From positions 2,688,001-2,752,000 of the forward strand of contig OZ271854.1 of the NCBI GenBank assembly GCA_965601925.1: DNA of 64,000 nucleotides, written 5' to 3'. Below the pieces are notes generated by a model, which was not told the origin of the DNA, did not search any database, and worked only from the letters and a program-made list of their open reading frames with translations. Origin of the DNA: Alkalispirochaeta sp. Its GTDB lineage: Bacteria > Spirochaetota > Spirochaetia > DSM-27196 > Alkalispirochaetaceae. How positions within the stretch are numbered: the first letter of the stretch is position 1; every line of letters begins with the position of its first letter. Both the position numbers and the translations under genes were made by a program. This document shows positions 1 to 9,624 of this stretch, one piece after another.

Positions 1-51
1 GGCGACATGCTGACGATTTTCGACGCTCTGGTGAGCGAGATCGAAGACTGA
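1..51 (+). CDS. 3' end of a CDS entering from the left edge (GDMLTIFDALVSEIED*), product unknown
   Basis: Open frame with genome-typical codons ending in TGA at 49-51, convergent with the next gene. Confidence 0.4.
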   Translation, partial: GDMLTIFDALVSEIED

Positions 52-64
52 TCGCGGCACGGTC

Positions 65-820
65 TCAACGGCGTATGCGGGCGTATACGTCACCCGACGG
101 GCCGTCGTCCGGGATCTCCGCCAGATAGTCGCGAAGCTCGCCCGCATCCCACCAACGATCCCGCATTACCAAGCGCAAATCCTCGCCCAACGAAAAGTTG
201 TACTCGTAGCGTACTCGGTGAGTCGACGCAAGGCGCTCGAGACGCACCGCAGCGCGCAATGCCACGTCCCGGTCGGCCGGTAAGAATTCAAAGCTTAGAG
301 ACGGCAACGCGTGCGATAGGCCGGCCAACACTTCGTCCTCGCTTCCCTCCACGTCGATCTTGACGAAATCGGGCGTTCCGAAGCGCTCCACCAGTGCGTC
401 CAACGTCGTCTGCGGCACCGTCGCCGTGTCGGTAAACGCAATGTGCTCCCACCCGGCCTTATCCGGGGCCGCGGCGGCCCACTCCGAAGAGGTGGTCGCC
501 ACCGTCGGGTTACCCTCGCAGAGAAAAAGGCGTGTGGTTCCGACCTCGGCGCCGACGGCCGACGCGATCACCTCAACGTTTGGATTTCGCGAAAAAACGC
601 GTGTGAGAAAGGCCGCGAGCGGGGGTTGCGGTTCCAGCGCTACGACTCGTGCGCCGAGTGCGGCAAAGGCGCGGGTGCGATTGCCGACATGGGCGCCGAT
701 GTCGACGGCCAATCCACCGGCGGGTACGAACGAGCGATAGTGGTCGCGAAGTGCTCTGAACTTTCCGGGTTGCCCGTGGTAGATGACGAGGGAGCGCAAA
801 AGGCCCAGAAACGCTCTCAT
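65..820 (-). CDS. FkbM family SAM-dependent methyltransferase
   Basis: VDIGAHVG motif I, 'VVALEP', 'TTLDAL', 'FVKIDVEGSE' FkbM signature. Confidence 0.9.
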   Translation of the reverse strand: MRAFLGLLRSLVIYHGQPGKFRALRDHYRSFVPAGGLAVDIGAHVGNRTRAFAALGARVVALEPQPPLAAFLTRVFSRNPNVEVIASAVGAEVGTTRLFLCEGNPTVATTSSEWAAAAPDKAGWEHIAFTDTATVPQTTLDALVERFGTPDFVKIDVEGSEDEVLAGLSHALPSLSFEFLPADRDVALRAAVRLERLASTHRVRYEYNFSLGEDLRLVMRDRWWDAGELRDYLAEIPDDGPSGDVYARIRR

Positions 821-844
821 GGGAGGCTCGATGCAGCGATACGG

Positions 845-1372
845 CTACTGCGATGGGGCACCGCGCGCCTCGAGTGCCGGAGCGTGGAACACATAGTCTC
901 TGAAACGCTCCATCGCATTGCCGGCGCCGTACGGATGCGTCTCATTGGCATTGGCGTGACAGGTGACGCAGAACTCTTCCTGAAGAATGGTTTCGGCACC
1001 CGTGGAGGGATTGCGGGAGATCCAAATCCACCCTCCACGGCTGCGCGGATCGTCGGGCGCCTTGACCATGCCGGCCATCGATACCGGCTCGGCATCCTGT
1101 GGCGGGTCCGGTTCGGCATATATCTCTTTGATGAATGTCGTACCGGTCGGATAGGTTATCGAGCCGTCCTCGGCCATATTCGTCTCAAAGCCTTCGTCGT
1201 CGACAAAGATGCGACGGAGGCCGGCGCCGTGCCCCGGTACCGGAAAGTTAAGCGTCACGTTGGTGCTCTGTCGCCAGCCGCGGTAGTCGACGTCGAGGAG
1301 CCTCTCCTCCTCGGTCGGCGTGCATCCGGCGGCCACGGCGGCCAGCGCCAACACCGCTACGGTTCGTTTCAT
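845..1372 (-). CDS. Cytochrome P460 / c'-beta family lipoprotein
   Basis: Lipobox (AAGC), 'GTTFIKE' and 'MVK...GGWIW' motifs, C-terminal CVTCH heme-c motif (956-970). Its start overlaps the upstream stop (ATGA). Confidence 0.75.
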   Translation of the reverse strand: MKRTVAVLALAAVAAGCTPTEEERLLDVDYRGWRQSTNVTLNFPVPGHGAGLRRIFVDDEGFETNMAEDGSITYPTGTTFIKEIYAEPDPPQDAEPVSMAGMVKAPDDPRSRGGWIWISRNPSTGAETILQEEFCVTCHANANETHPYGAGNAMERFRDYVFHAPALEARGAPSQ

Positions 1373-2823
1373 GGTGTATCCTCCGAGTCGCCGTCGTCGT
1401 CGGGCATGGCGGTTAACTTAAAGACCCGCAGCGCCTCGGCCTTTCCCTTTACCTTCATACGGAACGGTCCTTCGAGCGAAGCGCCGCGTTCCGTGAGGCT
1501 GCTGCGCACGATATCACTGACGAGAATCTCGCCGCGCGCCGCGCCGCTGCACAGCCGGGCCGTCACGTTGACGTTGTCTCCGACCGCCGTAAAATCGGCG
1601 CGGCGGCGGCCACCGATCGCGCCCACGACGACCGAGCCCGAGTTAATGCCGATACCCACGTGGAGGCCCCGGTAGCGCTCCTCGTCGGCACCTTCGAGCA
1701 TCGTCTGGATCGCGGTCGCCGCTCGGGCGGCCCGTACGACACCGTCTTCTCCGCTGAAGACCGCGACGATCTCGTCGCCGACGTACTTATCGATATCGCC
1801 GCCGAACCGTGCGATAACCTCACTTTGGTCGCCCAGAACGGAGTTGAGCGTATCGACGACCGTTTTGGGATCGTTCCGTTCGGTAAAGGCGGTGAAGCCG
1901 CGAATATCGCTGAACAGGAACGTAAGCTCCTCGCTGCGACTCTCCTGCGCTCCGCCGAGGGAGGCGATGGTCGAACCGGAGACGAACCGCGAAAGGACGA
2001 ATCGCTCGTAGAGCCCCTCCACCATACGATTGACCGTGGCACTCAGCGCACCGAGCTCGTCGTTGTTGCGCACCGTGCTGCGGCGATCGAAGTTCCCCAT
2101 GGTGACCTGCTCGCACGTTGCGCCGATCTCCCGAAGGGGAAGAATGACCTGCCGACGCAGGTAGCGTGACATCAGAAAGCCGACGACCGTCACGAGCAGC
2201 AGAAAGGTACCGGAAGCCGAGACGATCGCCGTGCGTTGTCGGGCGATACTTTCACTGATATCGGATCGAAGCTCGATAACGCCGCGAATCGTGTGGTCGG
2301 AGCCGTGACACACCGTGCACTTGGGAAGATTGAGCAACGGCTGGAGATATTGAATGGTGGTGGTGCCGTCGACTTCATCCTGGAATATCGCCGTTCTCAC
2401 CGGCCTCGAGGTCGCTTGGGCAAATCGTTCCGTGTCGGCGAACGGTGGAGCCATGGTCTCACTCGTCCCTTCGGCCCGTCGGGCAAAGAGGGGAAAATCG
2501 AGCTCACCATTGACGATATCGATCGTTTCGCTGTCGGAGAACGCCGGCGTGCCGTCGGTCCTATACAGATAGATCCGTAGACGCGGATCCAAGTCGCCGA
2601 TGCCCTGAAAGTAGCTCACGACCAACGGCGCCTCGCCGGGCATCATGAGTTGCTCGATCGCCTCGTAGACGATACCCGACTCCTGCTCGAGGGCCGAGCG
2701 AGTACTCTCGTCAATGGTCTCCGCGAGGGACCATCCAAGATAGACGGTAATCGAACCGATACCGATCGTGAGAGAGACGAGAATCAACAAGTTGACCTTG
2801 AACGTGATGGGGACCGACCGCAT
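1369..2823 (-). CDS. Membrane class III adenylate cyclase with periplasmic CxxCH sensor domain and HAMP
   Basis: TM - periplasmic domain with CTVCH (2305-2319) - TM - HAMP - cyclase. Catalytic motifs FSDIRGFT, DKYVGDE and DFTAVGDNVNVTARL, with Lys/Asp ATP-specifying residues. Start set at MRSVPITF (ORF extends to 2862). Confidence 0.9.
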   Translation of the reverse strand: MRSVPITFKVNLLILVSLTIGIGSITVYLGWSLAETIDESTRSALEQESGIVYEAIEQLMMPGEAPLVVSYFQGIGDLDPRLRIYLYRTDGTPAFSDSETIDIVNGELDFPLFARRAEGTSETMAPPFADTERFAQATSRPVRTAIFQDEVDGTTTIQYLQPLLNLPKCTVCHGSDHTIRGVIELRSDISESIARQRTAIVSASGTFLLLVTVVGFLMSRYLRRQVILPLREIGATCEQVTMGNFDRRSTVRNNDELGALSATVNRMVEGLYERFVLSRFVSGSTIASLGGAQESRSEELTFLFSDIRGFTAFTERNDPKTVVDTLNSVLGDQSEVIARFGGDIDKYVGDEIVAVFSGEDGVVRAARAATAIQTMLEGADEERYRGLHVGIGINSGSVVVGAIGGRRRADFTAVGDNVNVTARLCSGAARGEILVSDIVRSSLTERGASLEGPFRMKVKGKAEALRVFKLTAMPDDDGDSEDTP

Positions 2824-2913
2824 ATGTGTGTGCCTTTGTATAAAGGGTACGGCCACATACACGGTTGGTCAAGCGGCCCGAAGAACTACTCCCAGAGCTC
2901 GCTTCGCCGTCGC

Positions 2914-4137
2914 TCAGCGTAGCGTATCGACGATTCGCCGTATCGCCCGCTCCACGTTGTCGCGGTCGTTAAAGGCGCTGATGCGAATGAATCCCTCGCC
3001 GGCCGGTCCGAACCCCGCGCCCGGCGTTGTGACGACGCCCGCGGTATTCAGTAACTCGTCGAAGAAGTCCCACGACGGGCGTCCCGCCTCAACCCAGACG
3101 TACGGCGCATTTCGTCCGCCGTAGCACGCGAGTCCCGTTTTCGCGATGCCCTCGCGTATGATGGACGCGTTTTCCAGGTAGTAGTCCGACAGTTCCGCGA
3201 TCTCTCGACGTCCCTCATCGGTGTAGATCGCCGCCGCCGCGCGTTGAATGGGGTACGAGGCGCCGTTGAATTTGGTGGTGTGTCGCCGCATCCACAAATC
3301 ACGTACGCTGTGCTCCCCCCCGTCGGCGCCCGCCGCCTTTAACGCGCGCGGCACCACCGTAAAGGCGCACCGCATGCCGGTAAATCCGGCGGTCTTCGAG
3401 AAGCTGCGAAACTCGACGGCACACGTCTCGGCTCCCGGTATCTCGAAGATCGTACGCGGAATCGACGGGTCGCGAATAAATTCGACGTACGCGGCGTCGA
3501 AGAGGAGCAGTGCCCTATGCTCCCGCGCATAGTCGACGTAGCGTTGGAGCTCTTCGCGCGTCGCCGTGGCGCCGGTGGGATTATTGGGAAAACACAGGTA
3601 CACCAAGTCGGTCGGTCGCGACGGTGGGGGCGGCACGAAGCCGTTTTCGGTAGTCCCTACCATGTACGTCATGCCCTCGTATCGACCGTCGCGAAACGCA
3701 CCGGTTCGGCCGGCCATGACGTTGGTATCCACATAGACCGGGTAGACCGGATCGGGGACCGCAACGGTGAGCGACTGTGAGAAGAGCTCCTGAAAGTTGC
3801 CGGTATCGCATTTGGAACCGTCGCTCACGAAGATCTCATCCGGCGTTACTTCGACGCCCCGTGAACGATAGTCGTTCTCGGCGATCGCATTGCGGAGAAA
3901 CTCATACCCCTGCTCGGGACCGTATCCGCGAAAGGTCCTCTCGTTCGCCATCTCGTCCGTCGCGGCGTGAAGCGCTCGGACCACCGCCGGGGTGAGCGGT
4001 CGGGTCACGTCGCCGATGCCGAGTTTGATCACCTCGTTATCGGGGTTCGCCTCCTGATACGCGCGAACCCGCTTTGCGATGTCGGTGAACAGGTACGAGG
4101 AGGCCAGTTTTGTGTAATGCTCATTGATTCGTATCAT
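2914..4137 (-). CDS. dapL: LL-diaminopimelate aminotransferase
   Basis: SYLF, LGIGDVT, GYGPEQG, FVSDGSKCD, PNNPTG, SFSKTAGFTG.R PLP motifs; GGAG RBS before ATG 4137. Confidence 0.95.
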   Translation of the reverse strand: MIRINEHYTKLASSYLFTDIAKRVRAYQEANPDNEVIKLGIGDVTRPLTPAVVRALHAATDEMANERTFRGYGPEQGYEFLRNAIAENDYRSRGVEVTPDEIFVSDGSKCDTGNFQELFSQSLTVAVPDPVYPVYVDTNVMAGRTGAFRDGRYEGMTYMVGTTENGFVPPPPSRPTDLVYLCFPNNPTGATATREELQRYVDYAREHRALLLFDAAYVEFIRDPSIPRTIFEIPGAETCAVEFRSFSKTAGFTGMRCAFTVVPRALKAAGADGGEHSVRDLWMRRHTTKFNGASYPIQRAAAAIYTDEGRREIAELSDYYLENASIIREGIAKTGLACYGGRNAPYVWVEAGRPSWDFFDELLNTAGVVTTPGAGFGPAGEGFIRISAFNDRDNVERAIRRIVDTLR

Positions 4138-4177
4138 CCCTTGTCTCCGCCGGACAAAATACGCAATAGTAGCCGCC

Positions 4178-4672
4178 ATGGAAAGAGTCGAGGCCGGACG
4201 GTACGATTTCGATACGCTCCTGGAGCGCTGTCGGGGCGAGCTCAAACGGGGTGACGAGCGCGGAGTCGGCCTCCAGTTGGTGTGCGACTTTCTACAGCGC
4301 GAGGTCGCACACTACGATTGGTTCGGTTTTTACATCGCGGTGCCCGCGGAGCGTATGCTCGTCCTGGGGCCCTATCAGGGCGAGGCGACCGACCACGTGC
4401 GCATTCCCTACGGTCGCGGCATTTGCGGTCAGGCGGCGGAGCGCGAACAGACGGTCCTCGTCGACGACGTACGCGCCGAGAGCAACTATCTGGCGTGTAG
4501 CCTGCGGGTACGAAGTGAGATCGTCGTGCCGGTCTTTCGGTCCGGGGAGGTTGTGGCCGAAATCGACATCGACTCGCATAGACCCGCGGCCTTCGGTGCC
4601 GACGACCGCACCTTTCTGGAGTCCCTCGCGGTAGACGTCGAACCGTTCATTCCCGATCTCTCCGGCGAGTAG
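4178..4672 (+). CDS. GAF-domain protein, free methionine-(R)-sulfoxide reductase-like
   Basis: WFGFY, LGPYQG, GRGICG, NYLAC, SEIVVP, EIDIDS motifs of the MsrC/YebR family. Confidence 0.8.
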   Translation: MERVEAGRYDFDTLLERCRGELKRGDERGVGLQLVCDFLQREVAHYDWFGFYIAVPAERMLVLGPYQGEATDHVRIPYGRGICGQAAEREQTVLVDDVRAESNYLACSLRVRSEIVVPVFRSGEVVAEIDIDSHRPAAFGADDRTFLESLAVDVEPFIPDLSGE

Positions 4673-4747
4673 GGTGCTCCGGCCCGCGTAGTTTCGGCGG
4701 TGGGAGACGATCGGCCGGTACGCCTCACCGTATCGAGACGCGATCGC

Positions 4748-5767
4748 TCATCGAGCGCCGATCCACATCAAAAAAAGCGTCATATAAATCGGAAAGAGGA
4801 CGATGTAGGCGCCGTAGGCGGTGATCATCGTAATCCCGACCTCGTCGTGATTGCGCCCCGCCCGTCCCGCCATCACACTGAGATTACTCGCGGTAGGAGT
4901 ATGAAACTCGAGGAACAACACCCACAGAATGGGAATCGGTGCGCGGGCCAGACCGTCGGTCGACAGCATAACGGCCCAGAAGGCGGCCGGGAGTGCGAGA
5001 AGTCTCACGACGGCGGCCGTCGTACCGACCGCAGCCAGGGCCCGGCGACTGTCGGAGGAGGGTGTGATTCCGGCTATAAGCCCGCCGAGTGTGACCAGCA
5101 CCAACGGAACGGTGACCTCCGACAGACGTTCCAGAGCTAATGCCGCGTAGTACCACAGAGTCCCTTGAGTCTCCATGAGCGTACCGAGACCGGTGGCCGA
5201 AGCGATGAGCCCCCCGAAAATTCCGATGACCGGAGTCGATATGAGGTGACCCGCTTTGAGGCGCCCCGTGCCGCCCTGCACAAGCCAATTCCCGACCGAC
5301 CACAAAAGAGGGCTGAGAAAAAAGACGTACGCCCCGATGTACAGCGGCGGAAGGGGGCCACCGAGAACCTCGCCGAACACCGGAAGGGCGGCCGGGAGCA
5401 GCTCGTGAATCGAGAGTGGAAGGTAGCCCGCATTACCGAATCCGCCCGAGGCGACGCGTACCCGTTGGACGCCGACGTCCAGGTCGCTCCATGTTGTACG
5501 CGTCATGATCCAGCTGAACGCGATGCCCAACGCGACGTGAAGGACCGCCGCGACGGGGAAGAGACCCGCTCCCGGCAGCGCCGACAAGTCTACGCGCGAA
5601 ACGCGTACAAAAAAATAGAGCGGCAGCGTAACCGAGGCGACGAACCGACTGATCGAACGTACGAACGCTCCTTCGGAGCCTTCACGGCGGCCGTAGAAAA
5701 AGCCGATGCCGGCGGGAATGACGAGTTGAATCATCGTGAACAGGACGGCCCGAATAGTTGTGATCAT
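4748..5767 (-). CDS. AEC (auxin efflux carrier) family transporter
   Basis: About 10 TM segments, FGNAGYLPL and TPTA motifs, internal repeat. Confidence 0.8.
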   Translation of the reverse strand: MITTIRAVLFTMIQLVIPAGIGFFYGRREGSEGAFVRSISRFVASVTLPLYFFVRVSRVDLSALPGAGLFPVAAVLHVALGIAFSWIMTRTTWSDLDVGVQRVRVASGGFGNAGYLPLSIHELLPAALPVFGEVLGGPLPPLYIGAYVFFLSPLLWSVGNWLVQGGTGRLKAGHLISTPVIGIFGGLIASATGLGTLMETQGTLWYYAALALERLSEVTVPLVLVTLGGLIAGITPSSDSRRALAAVGTTAAVVRLLALPAAFWAVMLSTDGLARAPIPILWVLFLEFHTPTASNLSVMAGRAGRNHDEVGITMITAYGAYIVLFPIYMTLFLMWIGAR

Positions 5768-5816
5768 CGTCGGTAAGACTACCCGGCAATCGGGATATAG
5801 ACCATACGACCGTCGC

Positions 5817-7001
5817 CTACGACTCCGGATCTCGGCGACGCCGACCGGTCAGGCTGGCACGTCCTATCGACGCGGCACCGAAGCGCTTTCGTAACTCGAC
5901 GATCGTCGGATCGAGAGATTCTTCCTGTCCATCGTCGAATAGTTCCCTTTGTCCGTCGGGTTCATCTCCTATATCACCGGAGAGTCCGACTCCCAGGAGT
6001 CGGAGCGGCCGCCCGTCGCGGCGGGATTCCAAAAGATCCATCGCGATGCCGGCCAACTCCGCGCTCGTGCGGAGACTCCGCTGAAGGGTGCGCGATACCG
6101 TATGCGTCTCGAACGGTGGAAAGCGATACTTCACTTGAATCGTGCGTCCCCGCCACGATTCGCGGATCGAACGGTGAAATACCTCCTCCGCCAGGGCCAG
6201 CATCTGTCTGCGGAGGAGCTCGATATCGGCGATGTCGTCCTCGAACGTCTCCTCGGAGGAGATGCTGTGCCGCTCGCGGCCGCTCCGATAGATTCCCGGG
6301 TCCTCGCCGCGAGCCACGCGGTACATGTAGTCGCCGGCCGCCTCGCCGAAGTGACCGCGCAGATACTCCAGGCGTTGCGTCCGCAGTTGTGCCACGGTCG
6401 TAATCCCCAGTCCTTCGAGGCGCCGTCTGCTGCTCTTGCCAAGACCCCACAGATCGCGCAGCTCCAGTCGCAGTACGAAATCGGCCTCCCCGCCCGGAGG
6501 TACGTAGTGTAGACCGTCGGGCTTATCTACCTCGCTGGCGAGTTTAGCGATGAAGCGGCTCGCGCCGATACCGACCGATATGGTCAGACCCGTCGCCGAG
6601 CGCACCTCGTCCTTGAGCCGTCGCGCAACCTCTACCGGGGATCCCAGAAGCCGTTCGGTGCCCGTCATGTCGAGAAACGCCTCATCGATCGATATGGCGC
6701 GAACCGACGGCGAGTACTCCGAGAAGAGCGTCATGATACGCCGGGAGACTTCCTGATAGCGCCGCATACGGATCGGGACGATCACCGCATCGGGACACAA
6801 ACGCAACGCTTTGACCATCGGCATGGCGCTGTGGACGCCGAAGGGGCGCGACTCATAACTGCACGCCGCGACGACGCTCCGCTTTCCCTTGCCGCCCACC
6901 ACCACCGGGCGTCCCCTCAGATCCGGGTTGTCGAGTTGCTCGATCGAGGCGTAAAACGCATCCATGTCGACGTGAAATATCACCCGATCGATCCGTGTCA
7001 T
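5817..7001 (-). CDS. dinB: DNA polymerase IV
   Basis: HVDMDAFYAS, SYESR.FGV.SAMP, SIDEAFLD, AKLASE..KPDG; ATGA overlap with the upstream stop. Confidence 0.95.
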   Translation of the reverse strand: MTRIDRVIFHVDMDAFYASIEQLDNPDLRGRPVVVGGKGKRSVVAACSYESRPFGVHSAMPMVKALRLCPDAVIVPIRMRRYQEVSRRIMTLFSEYSPSVRAISIDEAFLDMTGTERLLGSPVEVARRLKDEVRSATGLTISVGIGASRFIAKLASEVDKPDGLHYVPPGGEADFVLRLELRDLWGLGKSSRRRLEGLGITTVAQLRTQRLEYLRGHFGEAAGDYMYRVARGEDPGIYRSGRERHSISSEETFEDDIADIELLRRQMLALAEEVFHRSIRESWRGRTIQVKYRFPPFETHTVSRTLQRSLRTSAELAGIAMDLLESRRDGRPLRLLGVGLSGDIGDEPDGQRELFDDGQEESLDPTIVELRKRFGAASIGRASLTGRRRRDPES

Positions 7002-9004
7002 TGGAGTGAGAGCCTCTCTTGGATCGTCCACTCGACGCGGTAGTCCTCGGCGGCGGGCACGACGATCGTTTGGTCTTGCCTCCCGGCCCCGGACCGCGAG
7101 AGATCCGCTTGGCCCGAAAATGCGGCGCGGGCCGCGATTCTCACCACCGGCGGCGAATCGTCGGGAACGCGCAATACGATCGTGCCGCCGATCTCGGAGG
7201 GTGGAAGCGTGCCGGGCAACAGAACGAAGCGGGTGCCGGTACTCCCGACCTCTTCTCGGGAGACGATATCGCTTGCATAGAGCTGAATCGGACCGTTGGC
7301 CTCCAACACGATGTCCACGCTATCGGCGGGACGGTCGAATTGAATCGTCCACGATAATCGGTGGCGTCCCAACGCCTCGGTCCGTTCCACTCGGAACGTC
7401 ATCGGGGAGTCGGGTGGGGTCAATGACCGCCGGCACGGTAGCCGTGCGCATTCGATGACGGCGCCCGTCTCACGAACCACGACGATGCCGCCGTCCGGCA
7501 CCGATCCCGACCCCTCAATGAGGATCTCTCCCGCATCGGGTACCGTAGTACTCGATAAGAGGTAGCGCTCCGCCACGGCGATCCGAAGGGGTTCGGGCTC
7601 GCGGAGGCGAATAATGATCGTGGCGACGATGATTGCGAGCCCGGTAGCGGCGATCGAGACGGTAATTGTGAGGAGCGGGAGCCGCGGCGTGAGAGCCTCT
7701 ATGCGGAAAAACATTAAGAGCAACGGTAAAAAGAGCACCGCCGTCACGATCTCGCGCCATAGGGGAGGACGCAGGAGAGCCTCCGCCATGGCGGCGTCCG
7801 CCACCGCCGCGAGGGCGATCAGGAGATACACGCTCGGTAGAAGTGCGGCAAGGAGCGCGATCGACTTGAGCCATGCGTTATGCGCCAAACTGAAGAAGAA
7901 GCCGAACAAGAAGGCGAGAAAGAGAAAGGCGCTGGTGATGATACTGACCGCTCCCGAAATGACCGATCCCAAGAAGAGAAAGAGCAGACTCGCGCCGCTG
8001 TACACCGTACTCGCCCGACGAAGGCGGATATGAAGAAGGGGGAAAAGAAGCCCGAGGGTGAGGAACGAGGCCGTGATTTTCGCCCCGGCTTGAAGAAGCG
8101 GTGAGGCGACATCACCGTCGATCCTCGCAAGGAGCCGCAATCCCGCGTTCCCGGCGATCAAACTTAGCACCAGGACGACGTAGATGCCGATAATCGGCGT
8201 GATGTTGTGAGCGATGGCGCGCAGGTAGCGTCTTACGCGACGCGGTCGGACGACTGCGTACGACAACAAAAGCGTTGCCGTGATCACGATACTCCATATC
8301 AAGACGCGCTCCGATACAACCACCGGTGGTCTCCCCGGTATGATGAGGTGGTTGCTGTCCCCGCGACGGGGAACGCCCGCGGCGCGCGATTCTTCGAGAT
8401 GTGCGGCGAGTGGAGCTATCGCCGAGGCGAGGTCGGCCAGGTCGACAAGCTCTAAGCGCGCCGCCGGCATCCCGGCGGTCAAGGCGGTACGCAATACCGC
8501 ATCTTCCAGACCGAATCCGAGGCGCGCGGCATTGAGTTGCGCAAGGTCGATCGGTACCTCGCGTGACGTCGCGATCGCGCGGGCGAACCACGCAGGTGTC
8601 ACCTCTCCGGGAACCGAGACGCGCCACTCGCGGCTGTCGCCGATTTCGAGAAACACACGCGGCGTCGACAGAGGAAGGGGAGACAGCTCTCCGGCGAGAC
8701 GTGCGGTCGCTTCAATTTCTCTTCGGGGCGGGACGATCAGGAGGGCCACCGAGTCGGGTAACGGCCCGAGCGCCTCTATACCGGCCTCGGCGACCGACGC
8801 GAGGTCGACGACCACCATCATGGTGGGATCGTCCGACGGCGATCCGTATAAGTCGGGATAGAAGGAATGACCAAGTCGGTCGGCCCCGGTATTTGTCGAT
8901 TCTACGGGATACATTGTCACTATAGAGCCCGATCGAAGCTCCTCAACCGCCTCGCCGAGTGCGGGGAAAGCGTGGAGGGGCTGTAAAAATGTGACCAAAA
9001 TCAT
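6998..9004 (-). CDS. Hypothetical polytopic membrane protein with large N- and C-terminal extramembrane domains
   Basis: Long ORF with about 9 central hydrophobic helices, translationally coupled to dinB; start uncertain (9004-9040). Confidence 0.7.
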   Translation of the reverse strand: MILVTFLQPLHAFPALGEAVEELRSGSIVTMYPVESTNTGADRLGHSFYPDLYGSPSDDPTMMVVVDLASVAEAGIEALGPLPDSVALLIVPPRREIEATARLAGELSPLPLSTPRVFLEIGDSREWRVSVPGEVTPAWFARAIATSREVPIDLAQLNAARLGFGLEDAVLRTALTAGMPAARLELVDLADLASAIAPLAAHLEESRAAGVPRRGDSNHLIIPGRPPVVVSERVLIWSIVITATLLLSYAVVRPRRVRRYLRAIAHNITPIIGIYVVLVLSLIAGNAGLRLLARIDGDVASPLLQAGAKITASFLTLGLLFPLLHIRLRRASTVYSGASLLFLFLGSVISGAVSIITSAFLFLAFLFGFFFSLAHNAWLKSIALLAALLPSVYLLIALAAVADAAMAEALLRPPLWREIVTAVLFLPLLLMFFRIEALTPRLPLLTITVSIAATGLAIIVATIIIRLREPEPLRIAVAERYLLSSTTVPDAGEILIEGSGSVPDGGIVVVRETGAVIECARLPCRRSLTPPDSPMTFRVERTEALGRHRLSWTIQFDRPADSVDIVLEANGPIQLYASDIVSREEVGSTGTRFVLLPGTLPPSEIGGTIVLRVPDDSPPVVRIAARAAFSGQADLSRSGAGRQDQTIVVPAAEDYRVEWTIQERLSLQ

Positions 9005-9056
9005 TACACTACAACAGGTCAGGGCGTTTGTTGCTCGCACAAGTACACATGAGCAT

Positions 9057-9602
9057 ATGAAGCGACGATCTGCGGGTCAAGGAGAGGCGCGAGTGGAACT
9101 ACTTCCGGAAATCGCAGGAAGGCGTAGTACCCGACATTTTGTAAACGAGACCCTACCTCCGGACATCGTTTCACGAATTGTCGAAGCCGGACGGAGAGCA
9201 CCGTCGGCGAAAAATCGGCAGGCGTGGCGGTTTATCGTAGTACGCGAGATCGAGACACGGCAGAAGTTGCAGGAGGCGTGCTTCGGTCAGGATTACGTCG
9301 GCGAGGCGTCGATCGTGATCGCGCTATGCACGACGAATATCGACTACAAGATGCCCAACGGTATGATGAGCTATCCCGTCGATCTCGGGATCGCCGGCGC
9401 ATTCATGATGCTCCAGGCCGAGCATGAGGGGCTCGGTACCTGTCCTGTCACAACGTTTCGAGAAGAGGAAGTCAAATCGATTCTCAGCGTGCCGTACAAG
9501 ATGCGCGTAGTAATGCTCCTGCCCGTGGGACGTCCGGCCGGCGAGAGCGAGTTGTCGCGTAGACTTCCGTTGGAGCGACTCGTCGGATGGGAACACTGGT
9601 AG
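9057..9602 (+). CDS. Nitroreductase family protein
   Basis: RRSTRHF, APSAKNRQAWRFIVV, GLGTC motifs. Confidence 0.9.
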   Translation: MKRRSAGQGEARVELLPEIAGRRSTRHFVNETLPPDIVSRIVEAGRRAPSAKNRQAWRFIVVREIETRQKLQEACFGQDYVGEASIVIALCTTNIDYKMPNGMMSYPVDLGIAGAFMMLQAEHEGLGTCPVTTFREEEVKSILSVPYKMRVVMLLPVGRPAGESELSRRLPLERLVGWEHW

Positions 9603-9624
9603 GCGCGGCGTGTCCGCGGCCCCT

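Noticed and set aside
443..1675. Long antisense or alternate-frame ORFs (443-1675, 14594-15991, 26524-27681, 28825-30162, 30219-31889, 39743-40921, 49910-51139 and others)
   Set aside because: Shadow ORFs expected in high-GC DNA; they overlap well-supported genes and lack family motifs
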